NCBI RefSeq assembly: GCF_001194135.2
Contig: NC_068989.1
Coordinates: forward strand, 4,759,632 to 4,823,631
DNA length: 64,000 nucleotides
Direction: 5' to 3'
Origin: Octopus bimaculoides
Taxonomy: Eukaryota
Shown: in pieces, positions 24,051-37,399 of the stretch
How positions within the stretch are numbered: the stretch's first letter is position 1
Layout of the letters: every line of letters starts with the position of its first letter
Notes under the pieces: generated by a model
Told to the model about the DNA's origin: nothing
The model's input: the letters and a program-made list of their open reading frames with translations, nothing else
The model's database searches: none
Program-made: the position numbers and the translations under genes

Positions 24051-24339
24051 ACCTATTTCCTCTGCCTCTTTCTATTATTCATTCTCTAACAAGACTGTTC
24101 TGGAAGACCCATTCAGATGAGTATTTCATATTTTTAGTGTGCACGACATTTTACTGTGAATATAAAAATTCAGGTCCTGTGAATAAAGATGAATTCTGAA
24201 GTTTTGTGCTGAGCCTTTCTTATAAATTTATATTCCCTGTTTTTAATCCTAGTTACCTGGATGCTGAATTTCCTCTTTTATTAAAAATTTTTCTGTTTAA
24301 ATTTGAATGATATATTTTAAAACTTCTTTTTTAAGTAAA

Positions 24340-24640
24340 ATGTAGTTGTTGTTGCAATCATACTCCTAAAATCAGGAGACTGATTATCTGTGAAGTGCAA
24401 GATGGAGATGTGTTCAAAGAACATTCAGACAAATTTTTATCCAAGATACCAGATGAACCTTCATCATGGCAAGAAAGGGGATCTCTGTCCAACTCACTAC
24501 TTCACAGGACTGGTTCTGGAGCCCGAACCAGAAAATGAGTCTAAAATAAACCACCATTGACACTAATAATGGTGCCTCTGCATGGCCACAGCCTCTGGCC
24601 AAATCCAACGAAGGAATATACAATTAAAAGAAAATGCTCT
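24340..24640 (+). pseudogene. 3' end of a LINE ORF2 (CR1/L2-like) plus 3' UTR
   Basis: Translates DGDVFKEHSDKFLSKIPDEPSSWQERGSLSNSLLHRT (24401-24538), resembling LINE ORF2 C-termini (F..LD.FL..IPD.P...SNSLL); followed by the GGTGCCTCTGCATGGCCACAG tail. Confidence 0.6.
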
Positions 24641-24924
24641 GAACCCAGTACTAAGCAGTAATCACCAAAGATTTCATTAAAAAGAAAAAAGGAGAAAAAA
24701 CTACTTTAAATGCGCATGATTCGATTTAAATCAGAATTTCAGATTGTCATCAAATTGAGTTAGCTTCATTAGGTTTGCTTCAGAATTACAAAAAGAAAAC
24801 ATGGCTATCATTCAATGAACATGCTTGAACTGTTGGACATTATGTGCACCCTTAAGCTGAATTAAGTACATTGGTATGAGATATTTGCTTGAAATCTTTG
24901 GTGAGTAATGCTTCTCATTGGTTT

Positions 24925-24970
<46 letters not shown>

Positions 24971-24998
24971 CTTTATCGTTCTGCAAAATATAAGTATT

Positions 24999-25409
24999 NN
25001 NNNNNNNNNNNNNNNNNNNNNNNNNNNNNNNNNNNNNNNNNNNNNNNNNNNNNNNNNNNNNNNNNNNNNNNNNNNNNNNNNNNNNNNNNNNNNNNNNNNN
25101 NNNNNNNNNNNNNNNNNNNNNNNNNNNNNNNNNNNNNNNNNNNNNNNNNNNNNNNNNNNNNNNNNNNNNNNNNNNNNNNNNNNNNNNNNNNNNNNNNNNN
25201 NNNNNNNNNNNNNNNNNNNNNNNNNNNNNNNNNNNNNNNNNNNNNNNNNNNNNNNNNNNNNNNNNNNNNNNNNNNNNNNNNNNNNNNNNNNNNNNNNNNN
25301 NNNNNNNNNNNNNNNNNNNNNNNNNNNNNNNNNNNNNNNNNNNNNNNNNNNNNNNNNNNNNNNNNNNNNNNNNNNNNNNNNNNNNNNNNNNNNNNNNNNN
25401 NNNNNNNNN
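24999..25409. other. Assembly gap (N run)
   Basis: Ns. Other gaps: 27568-27632, 29726-29735, 30599-30608, 33029-33786, 56394-56415. Confidence 1.
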
Positions 25410-25467
<58 letters not shown>

Positions 25468-25470
<3 letters not shown>

Positions 25471-25630
25471 GGATTTCTTTCAGGTTTTGACTATCAAATC
25501 CATTCACAAGATCTTGGTCAGCCCAGTGCTATGATAGAAGACACTTGCCCAAGGTGCCATGCAGTGGGACTGAATCCAAGACTACATGGTTGGGAAACAG
25601 CCTTCTTAACCACACGACCACACCTGCACC
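25468..25630 (-). mobile_element. SINE-B head
   Basis: GATAGAAGACACTTGCCCAAGGTGCCATGCAGTGGGACTGAATCC...GGTTGGGAAAC...CTTAACCACAC. Confidence 0.85.
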
Positions 25631-25996
25631 TATGGCCTGGAAAAGAAGAAAAAACTCCCGATCCCTTGAAATCACACTACAGGCAGAACACATTCTTTAA
25701 TGTACTCCTAGGTATATTATGTCCCTAAAAAGGTGTGACGGTTATTACTGAACATTTCACTCGTAAGTCTGCTCATTCATAGATCTGATGTGTGACTTGG
25801 TAAAATCAGTAACATCACCACCGCTAATGTATATAGCTTTTTTTTTTTTTTTTTATAAGTTAAGGACTTTTTGGGAAAAAATTCAATATTTATCAATTAT
25901 TGATATGTAACATGTATAAATTGAATGTGGTGTGTGTGTTGTAAACTTCTTTTATACATTTCAATGCATGTTTATATGAATGTAGAAATGCATGAT

Positions 25997-26029
<33 letters not shown>

Positions 26030-28084
26030 AACAGAAAGTGAAATCAAATAGATAATTCTGTATTAGTGCAGATATCGGAAACTGATATGTGCGTGTTTGT
26101 GTGTACAATCACACATGCATATATGTGGGTGTGTGCGTATAACTGCAAATATATTTAGACAGTCACAAACAAAGGCACATTTACTAAATGTATGCATATA
26201 CATTTACAGAGAAGTACCTATACACACAAACACATGCACACACAGTATACAGCCATATTTGCAGATGTACACTCAAACATATTCACACATACACACAGAT
26301 TTGCTATGCCACATAATTACACAAAAGTATACATACTCATATTCATGTATAGAAATATGTACACACATGTATACATTTGTGCACTCACTCATTCACATAC
26401 ACGCACATATAGATTAAATTATGTCCCCACATTTGCATATGTCTAAAATGTATATACTCTCTTTCTAAAGCACACAGATATTGTGTGTTCAAGATACGTC
26501 TGGTCTTAGAATGTTAGGCAAATTAAATTAAATTCAGAGTAAGATTAATATCTTGAATAAAATCACTGTTGAATATTTGCAAATTATTTTATTTTCCATA
26601 ATGAAATTACATTGAAGTTGATGCAGAAAAATGTAGTTTCAGATTGAAACACAGATAACTAAAGGCTGGCAGTAGCACTGAGCTTGAAGTACACGAGTGA
26701 TTCTACCTGTTATTTTTTAACACATCTTTTCCCATTCATCAACTGTGGTTAAGCAGGATTATGATCTAAGACATTCCAGTTGTGACCATCTTGTCTTTTT
26801 TAAATCATATCTAGAAGACCACAAATTTTAATACATCCCCCTTTTTTTTTTAATATGGTAGTGTGCAATTGAAGCAGATTTATTTGTTATTTTTTGCAGT
26901 TGAGTGACTGCATAGAGGCTCTATTGATGTCTTGCAATGGCTCTAGCAGAAAATAGAAATGAAAGATAACCCATCAAATTGTCGTCAATGCTTGGTGTGT
27001 CTACAGGAATCATTGAGTTTCTACATTCTTGCTTGACCTCCTTGAAATAGCCCACAAATTTTCACAATATATCTTACTGCCTTAAATGGAAGAACACTTT
27101 GAGTAAGTTAGATACACTATGTCTCTCCCCTCCATAAGAAAAGACAAGATAACTACTATTGGAATACAGTTGCTCATACAACCACTTGATGAGCCTAACT
27201 TGGGATTAAATAACTTCAACTGCAGCAACGTACAACACCTTGGAATGAGCTTGTACATGGTTGTTTGACCCATGAGAAATAATAGCCAAGTTTGTCTTAT
27301 CACACATTATATCTTTAAAAAGGAAAAGATAGATCAAGCTTTATACACCTTCTCCATATCTTCAATAGAAATACAGAAAAGAAGATCACTAAGGAAAAGT
27401 GATGAGTAAGTGAAGAAGAGAAATCTGAATTAAAAAGATGTATAGTTCAGATGAGCTGGGTATCTACACACTCATCTAAATGTATCATCTGATGTTTGTA
27501 AAATGAACAATACTGGAAAATACCCCAAAGTGAAGATGCTGTTTGAAGGTATATAAAGCATTATCAANNNNNNNNNNNNNNNNNNNNNNNNNNNNNNNNN
27601 NNNNNNNNNNNNNNNNNNNNNNNNNNNNNNNNGGAAAATACCCCAAAGTGAAGATGCTGTTTGAAGGTATATAAAGCATTATCAAAGTTGAAATCTAAGA
27701 AAGGTTCCGTATTTTTCAAGCTTTAGGAAAACCTTCAGCTATTCTGATGTCACTTTATGTCAGTTTGGAAGATGGATCTTGCAGAATGGTTTTTATCGTA
27801 GTTATTTGAGATTATATGTACAAGATGACTCAAAAAAAAAATGGATCATGCAGTGGAAAGAGACTCTTGGAATGCGGATTGAACACTTGAGAGACAAACA
27901 CCGTGTTGTGTATTGTGAAGTAGTGTATGCATGAATGGCTTTGAATATGTGTTGACAACTGTAAATAAATTCTATCTTGTTTGGAAAAGAATGACAGTGA
28001 AAAGAAGACAATGTAACTATAGAACCTTTGCTTCAATGAATTTTGTCTAAAGCAGGCAAGCATACTTGGATATGTGGTTGTAAA

Positions 28085-28350
28085 ATCAGTGACAATGATA
28101 TATGACCATCTTCACTTAACATCCATAAAGCACCCGTGCCGGTGACATGTAAATGACACCCGTGCCAGTGACACTCAAAAGGCACCCATGACACTCTTAG
28201 AGTGGTTGGCATTAGGAAGGGCATCCAACTGTAGAAACCATGCCAAATCAGGCTGAAACCTGGTACAGCTCTCTGGCTTACCGATTCCAGTCAAATCGTC
28301 TAATCTATGCCAGCATAGAAAGCAGATGCTAAATGATGATGAAGATGATG
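28085..28350 (+). mobile_element. Family C repeat
   Basis: GAGTGGTTGGCATTAGGAAGGGCATCCAACTGTAGAAACC...CTATGCCAGCATAGAAAGCAGATGCTAAATGATGATG. Confidence 0.8.
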
Positions 28351-30545
28351 AACCCAGGTGAGCTAATATAGAGAGAACAATGCAAATAAGCAAATAAATA
28401 TGCTTGGGTTTGATATATAAAATATATATACATATACACATGTAAATACAGAAAGGGATATATATAAAGATGCCAATCTCTCCACCCTAAAGAAAGAGGT
28501 TGGATTTACGATACTGTTTATATGCATCCACTACTGGTTGCATATACCTGACTTTTTGCATGTTCCATCTGCCAACATTACAACTATTACATAATTCTGT
28601 ACTCCCAAAAACAGTTGTCGAACCTGAAATATCATGCCCTCTCCTTTTAGTTTTCTGCATCTTTGCACTCTATGTAAATCTGCTCTGTAAAATATATCAA
28701 TGTCTTTATGTTTACACATGAATGTTCATCTCATGAATATTTTCAGTTTTTGTTTACACACACACACACACACATATCCCTATATATATTTGCATGTATA
28801 TATGTATGTATATTTTATGTATCAAGCCTGAGTATGTTTATTTGTTTATTTGCATATATATATATATATATATATATGTATATGCATGTATATGCACATA
28901 CACATACCTATAAATATATACATACATTTACCTATATGTAACTATATGTATGCTCTTTCATTCTACCTCTCGTCATTCCAAATTTTTGTAGTCATTCATT
29001 CATACATTTATTTTGCATTCACTTTCTTCATGCTTTATTGCATTGTTAAAGAATTCTTAACATATATGAATTATTATTATTATTGCTTTCTCTATAGTTG
29101 TTCTTGTTGCCATTGTTCTTTTCTCTTTACTAGAATTTTTGCTTTTGATATTTCCTATCACATTAGGACATTTTTTCTGTATCTAATCTCCTGAGAAATC
29201 TCTAAAAAATCTCTTACTCTCTCTTACTTTTCTCCCCCTCCCCTCTTTGTCTCCCTTTTTGTTTCCTTCTTCTCTCTCTGTCTGCCTCCTTTTCTCCTCC
29301 CCTTCTCTCTCACGCAGAAACTTTTTGCCTCTATTCATCAGGTCCTCCTCCTCCTCCTTTTCCCTTTCCTTTATCCCTACCTTAGAGTTTCCCTTTATTC
29401 GTCTCTGTCAGTATATCTCTCTGTCTGGATAGCTTATCTCTCTATAAATCATATATATATTGCAATCTATTTAGCTCTATGTCTGTCTGCTTACCTCATT
29501 TTATGATACCTGTTCTAGATATCTACTTGTCTATATATCTTTGTCTCTCCACATCAGTATCTAGTCGTCTTTGTCTATCCATCAATATCTATCCAATTTT
29601 CTCTGTCCATTTGTGTCTATCCATCCCTATAGGTACGTTTTTGTACATTTATCTGTCTATTCATCCATCTATGTTCTTTCTATCTAAATGTGTCTGTTTA
29701 TCCTGTTCTTGGCTCTGTGTGTGTGNNNNNNNNNNGTGTATCTTCATTTGTCTATTCTTAATTGTCTATATCCTTTGTGTATCTGCCTTTCTTTGTCTAG
29801 CCATCTTTATCTATATGTCTCTCTCTACCCAAGTATGTCTATTTCTCCATGCATGTTTGTTCATACATATCTAGCCACGTGTGTGTATCTACCCACATGT
29901 GTCTATCTTCATGCATCCATCTGTCTATGTCTATCCGTCCATTTTTTTGTCTATTCATGTGTATCCATCTAGGTCTATCTGTAATTATCTGTGCCTGTGT
30001 ATCTACGCATATGTTTATCTTTTATCTATCTGTCTGGGTCTGTACCTGTTTAACAATCTCTTTGTCCATCTTGCTAACTACCTCTCTATCACTGTACACA
30101 TCTCTTTTCACTCTATCCTCCCTCCCTCTCTCTCCACACATTTCCAATACTCAACAAGAAGAGTTTCTGATCTCGTTCGACAATGCAATTATTGATTACA
30201 ACATTGCATGGCATTGTGCTTTTAGCTCACTGAATTAATTTTCATGCATTCTCATCATCATTTTACCGTTATTGTTATTGTTATTATTATTGTTGTTGTT
30301 TTCTACCATATATATTCTAACAAGTTCAATTTATAGTGTTTGCCAACTGTGACAAACACAGAATGGTAATAAATTAAAATATTGATGTTCTTGTGTGAGT
30401 GTTTATGTGTGTGAGTGTGTTTATGTATGTGTGAGTGTGTTTTTGTGTGCGAATGTGTTTGTGTGTGTGTGTGTGTTTGTGTGCGAGTGTGTTTCTGTAT
30501 GTTTGATGTATTGGCTTTCCATTTCACTTCTTGTCTGATGATCAT

Positions 30546-30598
<53 letters not shown>

Positions 30599-30608
30599 NN
30601 NNNNNNNN

Positions 30609-30659
<51 letters not shown>

Positions 30660-31457
30660 AGGAATTGTTTCACAGTTGATGGCTATGTCTTCAATGGATG
30701 TGTTCAAGCATGAAAGCATGTAATCCCATTCATAGGCATAAGGAAAACTTTCAGCAATGCTGTATTTTGGTTGTTTTCCATCATTGTTAACAGATAAACA
30801 CACCGTGTGTGAAAGAGAACAAGAAAAAGAGAGTGAGAGAGAGCAAAGGTTGGTGTTGTATTATAGCTTCAATGTATGTCAATGTCACCAGTCGTGAATG
30901 GAAGAAGCAGGCCTTGAATTTCTACTGGTGAACACTTTCATTCATAGATGTGTAACACATGATTGACCAATGAAATTGAAGCAAGAGTGTAATATGAGGC
31001 AGGACATGTTATAATAGAGTAACAATAATAACAGGAGATTTAGTAATTGTATATTATTGATAGCATCAGTAGTTGTGGTGGTGGTAGTACTTCTGGTGCT
31101 TAGTATTGTATAGCACAAGTCAGCTCTGTTTTATTGATTTATTTTGACCAGACACAAGACTGCTTTTTCCAGAGAAGTGTCACAGAAATATGAATTGACC
31201 CAATACACTGTTGCTATTGTTATTATTTAGTATCAGGTCAGCCTTAATCTACTAAGCCTATTATCAAACCAGTTCCATTCATGACCATCCCTCCTTTTTT
31301 ATATATAGATATAGAACTACAATATCTTCTTTTTTATATAGATATAGAACTACAATATCTAATGTCTCCTATTTCTAAGGGTGTGATTTTAGGAAGATCT
31401 GACTGCTATTTTTTAACAAGTAATTATGTAGAGGCTTTCCTCTTGACTCATTGGTAT

Positions 31458-31690
31458 TTATTACCTCCACCCTTGCTGAGGCAGAGGTATTGTTTAGTCC
31501 TGTTTGTTTGTTTGTTTGTCTGTGGACAAGATATCTCAAGAACCGCTGGATGGATTTGGATGAAACTTTCAGGGATGTTTGGCCTCTTGACTGGCATGAA
31601 CTGATTAGATTTTGGGATCGATCCAGTACTGAACAAGGATTCTGGATTATTTTTCTGGTTTTTTACTTAATTTTTGAAAGCAGTTAGGTT
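31458..31690 (+). mobile_element. Helentron/HINE-like non-autonomous element (5' part)
   Basis: TTATTACCTCC...GCAGAGGT 5' inverted repeat (ACCTC 31463-67 / GAGGT 31484-88), (GTTT)n microsatellite, ATCTCAAGAACCGCTGGATGGATTTGGATGAAACTTTCAGGG core, GATTAGATTTTGGGATCGATCC. This is the typical DINE-1/HINE-type layout. Confidence 0.65.
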
Positions 31691-32833
31691 CATTTTTGTA
31701 TATTCTTAGTAATATAAAGCTTTCCTTTCATAAGTCCCAAGTTACTCTGCTGGTTACAAAATTTGGGCTTGTGTATCATATATGATGTATAGATTTCAAG
31801 AAAATGTGTCCTGTGTATCGTGATACAAAGGACAGACAAAGGGTTTAATCTGGAAAACAGATTAAAGCTACTACTTAATTGACACTTCAGTGGTTGAATG
31901 GCAAATACCCTATAAGCTGAAAAATAGAGGAACAAAATTTAATATTTTAAGGTGATTTGACCTGGGATTTTACAATTTCTCTCAGATCACTATTTTTTCT
32001 TTGGACAAAAATCTAATTGCTGTTTAGCCCATGGTCAACCCTGATGAAGTAGACATGATCAAAAGGATCCCATCCATAACTACCTTGTCATTTGTGTACC
32101 TACATCCTTTAATATCTTTCACTTAAGACTAAGTTCCTTATCAGCCTTGACCAATATAACCATGATCAAAGGGATTATATCTCTAATCATCCCATTTTTT
32201 TCAAAACCTGTATCTAGGACTACATTATCTATTGTGTGTCCTTCCTTTTTTAAGACTATAGGACGTGATTTAATGAAGATGCTACCAATATTTGTAGCTG
32301 GTCAGATGAACATATAGGGCCTCCTTTGTTCTTAAAATTCTAATTATTTTAGATCAGTGCTGTTGTTGAATAAATCAACCCCAGTGCATCGATGATCCAT
32401 ATTTTATCACTACCACCACCACCACCTTCCTTTTGCAAGAAATGAAAATTGGTCCTCCAATCTCAATGAGGAGAAAGGCAAACTCTGTATTGACAGCATT
32501 GATCTCAGAACTTAGGATTAGATACAAGGTATTTAGTGTGGTGTTCAAGAATGTCTGCCAATTAGCTGTTTTAAATTTGCTTTACTATTAAAACCAACAT
32601 TAATAACTAATGAGCAGTCTCATTAAATCTGGATGAACACGTGTGTGTATGTATGTATATATATATACACACGTACACACATTGCATTATGCTTGTGTAT
32701 AAATCACACCCTTAATTTGGTGTTAAATTTTGGTACAAAATCTTTTCACTTCATAGTTTTAGTTTGCCCTATAAATTGCGTTCCAGATTATCAGTATAAA
32801 ATAGTGACTTGTACATGTGTAAATACAGTATAA

Positions 32834-32888
<55 letters not shown>

Positions 32889-34664
32889 GCACATGCATAC
32901 ATACATATACATACATGCATACATGCACTTGTGTGCATAGTGTTATTGTTTAGTTTCATATAGTCTCTATTCAAGCAGATCTATGATTAAAGGCCTTTTT
33001 TTTCATGTTTTTCCAGTATCTGGATGAANNNNNNNNNNNNNNNNNNNNNNNNNNNNNNNNNNNNNNNNNNNNNNNNNNNNNNNNNNNNNNNNNNNNNNNN
33101 NNNNNNNNNNNNNNNNNNNNNNNNNNNNNNNNNNNNNNNNNNNNNNNNNNNNNNNNNNNNNNNNNNNNNNNNNNNNNNNNNNNNNNNNNNNNNNNNNNNN
33201 NNNNNNNNNNNNNNNNNNNNNNNNNNNNNNNNNNNNNNNNNNNNNNNNNNNNNNNNNNNNNNNNNNNNNNNNNNNNNNNNNNNNNNNNNNNNNNNNNNNN
33301 NNNNNNNNNNNNNNNNNNNNNNNNNNNNNNNNNNNNNNNNNNNNNNNNNNNNNNNNNNNNNNNNNNNNNNNNNNNNNNNNNNNNNNNNNNNNNNNNNNNN
33401 NNNNNNNNNNNNNNNNNNNNNNNNNNNNNNNNNNNNNNNNNNNNNNNNNNNNNNNNNNNNNNNNNNNNNNNNNNNNNNNNNNNNNNNNNNNNNNNNNNNN
33501 NNNNNNNNNNNNNNNNNNNNNNNNNNNNNNNNNNNNNNNNNNNNNNNNNNNNNNNNNNNNNNNNNNNNNNNNNNNNNNNNNNNNNNNNNNNNNNNNNNNN
33601 NNNNNNNNNNNNNNNNNNNNNNNNNNNNNNNNNNNNNNNNNNNNNNNNNNNNNNNNNNNNNNNNNNNNNNNNNNNNNNNNNNNNNNNNNNNNNNNNNNNN
33701 NNNNNNNNNNNNNNNNNNNNNNNNNNNNNNNNNNNNNNNNNNNNNNNNNNNNNNNNNNNNNNNNNNNNNNNNNNNNNNNNNNNNNNATAATATAATGTTT
33801 GTGTGTATAGGTTCAGTATGGTTGAATGTTTAAGATTACTTAGCAGGTCCTGGTTTCAATTCTGCTATGTGGCATCTTGGGAAAGTGCCATCTTGGGTTA
33901 TTGTAATTCAAAGGCCCAGCTGGATAAGGGTGAGCTGGATGAAGTGGAGGCTTTTAAAATGCACAGAATGCACTTCTGCAGTTGATGGGACTAATTACAC
34001 TACAACTTGTGGCATGTTTTACTTTGCAGTGGGGGAGAGAGAGAGACAGCTTGGTTCCCAAAACAAAGATTATGAGCTCCTATTTCTAAGCATTCATTTA
34101 TGTCTCCATGCCATAGTTATGGTCTTGTTGAAGCGATATCTGCTACTCAACAATGATTGCTCTGGAAACCATTAAACTTCTAAATGCTATGGTTACTTCA
34201 ATAAAAGGCTGTCAACAGTAATTTGTGAATTTGTCTATCTATAAAATCCAGGCTAATTATGTAACAATGTGATGTGTGTAGTGGCTGAATCAGCTGAGAC
34301 ATGCTTATGCAGCATGTATGTGTGTTTTCACTCTGCCATTTCATAATAGCTACATACAATAAAAGTTTTTTTATTTGTAAAGAATGACCTGTTGTGCACT
34401 TGCAGAATTATACAGCTCAGGGTTACTATAGGGAAAATTCTTCTGATGTTATGTTTTTTTAATTTGCTTTCGAATCTGAGAAAAATTGTTAAATGTGTCA
34501 GAGTATTAGTAATTATTGTTGTTGATTAGCCCCAGATCAACTTTGATTGGGCAAAACCTTGATCTAAGCCATTCTAGCCATGGCTTATCCTTTAAGGGAT
34601 ATGAGTGTTTGCATTTCGGTTTTGTATTTGGTTTGCAAGGTTCTTTATGTGAATTCGTGTGTTG

Positions 34665-34952
34665 AAGCATATATTATTGTGTCTAGAGAGAATCATTCTT
34701 TTTTTGTATCTTATTATTTAACACACTCACTGGTTTGATTTCCACTCATTTACTTATTTTTTCTAAAATTTTTGTTGCGTCTTGCAACCTTTTCAATAAT
34801 TGTTGACAAATTCACAACTACTGAAAAGTTTGCAAGACACTATGAAAATTTTAGAAAAAATAAATAAGTAAATGATTGAAAATTGAACCGGTGTGATAAA
34901 TAATACGGTGCTAAAAGAGAATGACTCCCCCCAGACACAATAAAATATGCTT
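34665..34952. repeat. Long imperfect inverted repeat (arms about 34665-34798 and 34820-34952, spacer about 21 nt)
   Basis: Left arm AAGCATATATTATTGTGTCT...CGTCTTGCAACCTTTTCAAT pairs with right arm ACTGAAAAGTTTGCAAGAC...AGACACAATAAAATATGCTT. Confidence 0.9.
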
Positions 34953-34959
34953 TATTTTG

Positions 34960-35390
34960 CATTAAACCTTTTACTTCTTATGGAGATTAGGCTGTCAATG
35001 ATTTTTCTTCACTGTTCTCAATTCTGGATTGTCCTTGCTATCTCTTTCCGGTTGGATCTCGGTTTCTTCAACTTTGCCTCAGTATCCTGCTTCATATGTT
35101 TCCTTGAGAAAAGACCTTTCTCTCCTAGATCTTGTTGGTTATGGATTGTCATCGATGCTTCTATAACTTTGCTTTTAAAGCAGGGGTGTCAGCCTTATGC
35201 AAATCCATTTTTACCTCTGGGAAGAGGTGGTCTATATTAGCCTGATCCCTATCTGTTGACTTGTCCAGTATGGGAAGCCCTACAAGGAGTTTGCACTCTG
35301 CTAGCATAGCTCTCAGGGTCATTGAAGTACTTAAGCGATCACATTGCAACAAGTACAGGACCTTGTGATGGATATAGGTATATAAAATTA
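34960..35390 (-). mobile_element. RTE-clade LINE 5' UTR / start fragment
   Basis: Minus strand TCAATGACCCTGAGAGCTATGCTAGC...CTCCTTGTAGGGCTTCCCAT...GGCTGACACCCCTGC...ATCGATGACAATCCATAACCAACAAGATCTAGGAGAG resembles RTE (Expander-type) 5' ends; assigned from recollection. Confidence 0.55.
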
Positions 35391-36658
35391 CATTATCCTT
35401 TTTCATCTTTGATAAGACTCTAAGGTATGATTTGTGGAAGATTTGGATGTTATTTCTAGCAGTTTGAATGATCCTGTGGAAGCATCCTTGGTGCACAAGT
35501 ACAAGTGCACAGAAGTATATGTGTTTGATGTATTTCTGCATATTTGTGTGAGCTATTGTTGTTGTTTAGGTTATCTCTGATCAAGCAGACATATCAAAGA
35601 TGCTCCATTTCTGACCAACCTGTCTTTTTTGTATATCTAGGTATATTTTGCAACATCTCTCTCTCTCTCTCTCTTTCCTTCTCCCCATCTCTCTCTCCCT
35701 CTCTCTCAAGACAGAAGGGTATTATTTGAGTGAGTTTTTGCCACTATAGCTATTAGATTGAGTGACTGCATATAGGCTCCATCATTCATTTGTGTGCATA
35801 AGTGTATATTTGTTTAGTGTAGTTGGAGCCAGTTCGGATAGATATTAGCTTCTAATTATGACATTCTAGACATTGCATGCTGTCTATCCCTTACTGTAGC
35901 AGGATATTTCCTAACTTGCATCCCTCTCTCTATCTCATTAAAGTTAAAACACGCCACAAGTTTGTAGTGTAATTAGTTCGCAGATGCTCACATTATCAAT
36001 TGCAGAAGTGCATTCTGTGCACTTTAAAAGCCTCTACTTCAGCTCACAGTCAACCAAGCTGAATATATCCCACTGTGGTTCTTGAGTACACCCTGTGAGG
36101 AGGTCTGGACATGTTGATATCAATGTATGTACGTGTGCATGTGTATATATATATATATACTTGTATCCAAGTACAGATATGCACATGTGTAAGTGTGTAT
36201 AAATACATTCATGTTTTCGCACCATGTATATGTGAGTGTTAATATGTCTGTATTTGTGTGTGTATATCTAGGAGTGAACTCAGAATTTAAGTATTCAGTG
36301 AAGCATTCAGCCATTGAGAGATATGGTTACAAGTTCCACCTCTCTCTTTCCCCACACCTTCCCTATGTTTATATTTCTCCTTCTTATGCCTGTTTATCTA
36401 CCTTATCACTTAATTAAATCAATTCTGTACACATTCACACATTTTAATCTTGCTCTTGTATTCTTCCCTCTCCCCCCTCTCTATCATTTGCATGCAAACA
36501 CATACAAATATACTCCCGATTTCATTTTCTTCCTCTCTTGCTTTCCGTGTGTATGTGTGTGTATATATACACAAATACACACCAAGTTAGACACAATTTC
36601 TCTTTCTCACACATAGGCATATTTTCATATAAACATACTTATGTGTGTATGTATTGTA

Positions 36659-36704
<46 letters not shown>

Positions 36705-37399
36705 TACAAGATACTTTCTTCAGTTAAAAAAAAGGAAATAGAATCTTCTTTGGTGTTTCAGTTAACCATTTAAACCATTTACTCATTGAATTATAGTGTG
36801 AACAGCTGAGTATTCCACAGTTAGACATCTCCTTCAGGGCAGTAGTATAACATTGTGTGTATCAAGACTCACTGTTTGAACCACAAGTGCATTCCATCTG
36901 TCAGTTTATGCATGTTCTGGTGGTGTGCAACATAGTATAGTGTTTGGGACTAATGAGGGAGTATGGGGTTAGGCTTTGACATCACTATCAAGTTCAGTCA
37001 AGCCTGAGATGGTAGCACCTGTCAAAGACCCCAGTTATGGATGAAAAAGTAAGGAGTTGAAGGAGGGCTGATCTGTTGGCATATGTCATACAAGCAACCA
37101 ACAACCTGTGAAGACGTGCTCTGATGTCAGGTGAACCGATCCCTTCTGCCTAAGAATATCCTGTGCCCAAGAGTAAGCACAGGAGAGCAAGAGACTAGCA
37201 GAGCAAACTGTAAGTAAACAAGTAGAAGGCAATGGGAACCCACTGCTGCATCATCCCCCCCCATAAAACTCATGAATCTTTAAATTTTGGCATGGAGGTC
37301 TATGTTTGTTGATATCTGTAGACATAGCAGGTGGAATCCTTTTCCATTGTTAGACTGTTTACTGAGCAATCTGTAAATAGTGTTTAGAAGAGGAGAGAA

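Noticed and set aside
27515-27685. Exact 53-bp direct repeat flanking a 65-N gap
   Set aside because: This is the typical scaffolding artefact of overlapping contig ends, not a biological duplication or a CRISPR repeat.
31296-31360. About 30-bp direct duplication TATATAGATATAGAACTACAATATCT
   Set aside because: A local slippage duplication inside a family E repeat, with no sign of function.
24812-33833. The longest ORFs in the track (24812-25534 and 33005-33833)
   Set aside because: They are open only because they run through N gaps.
35161-35541. 126-aa minus-strand ORF
   Set aside because: It overlaps the RTE 5' UTR-like sequence and a family E fragment, so a chance open frame is the better explanation.
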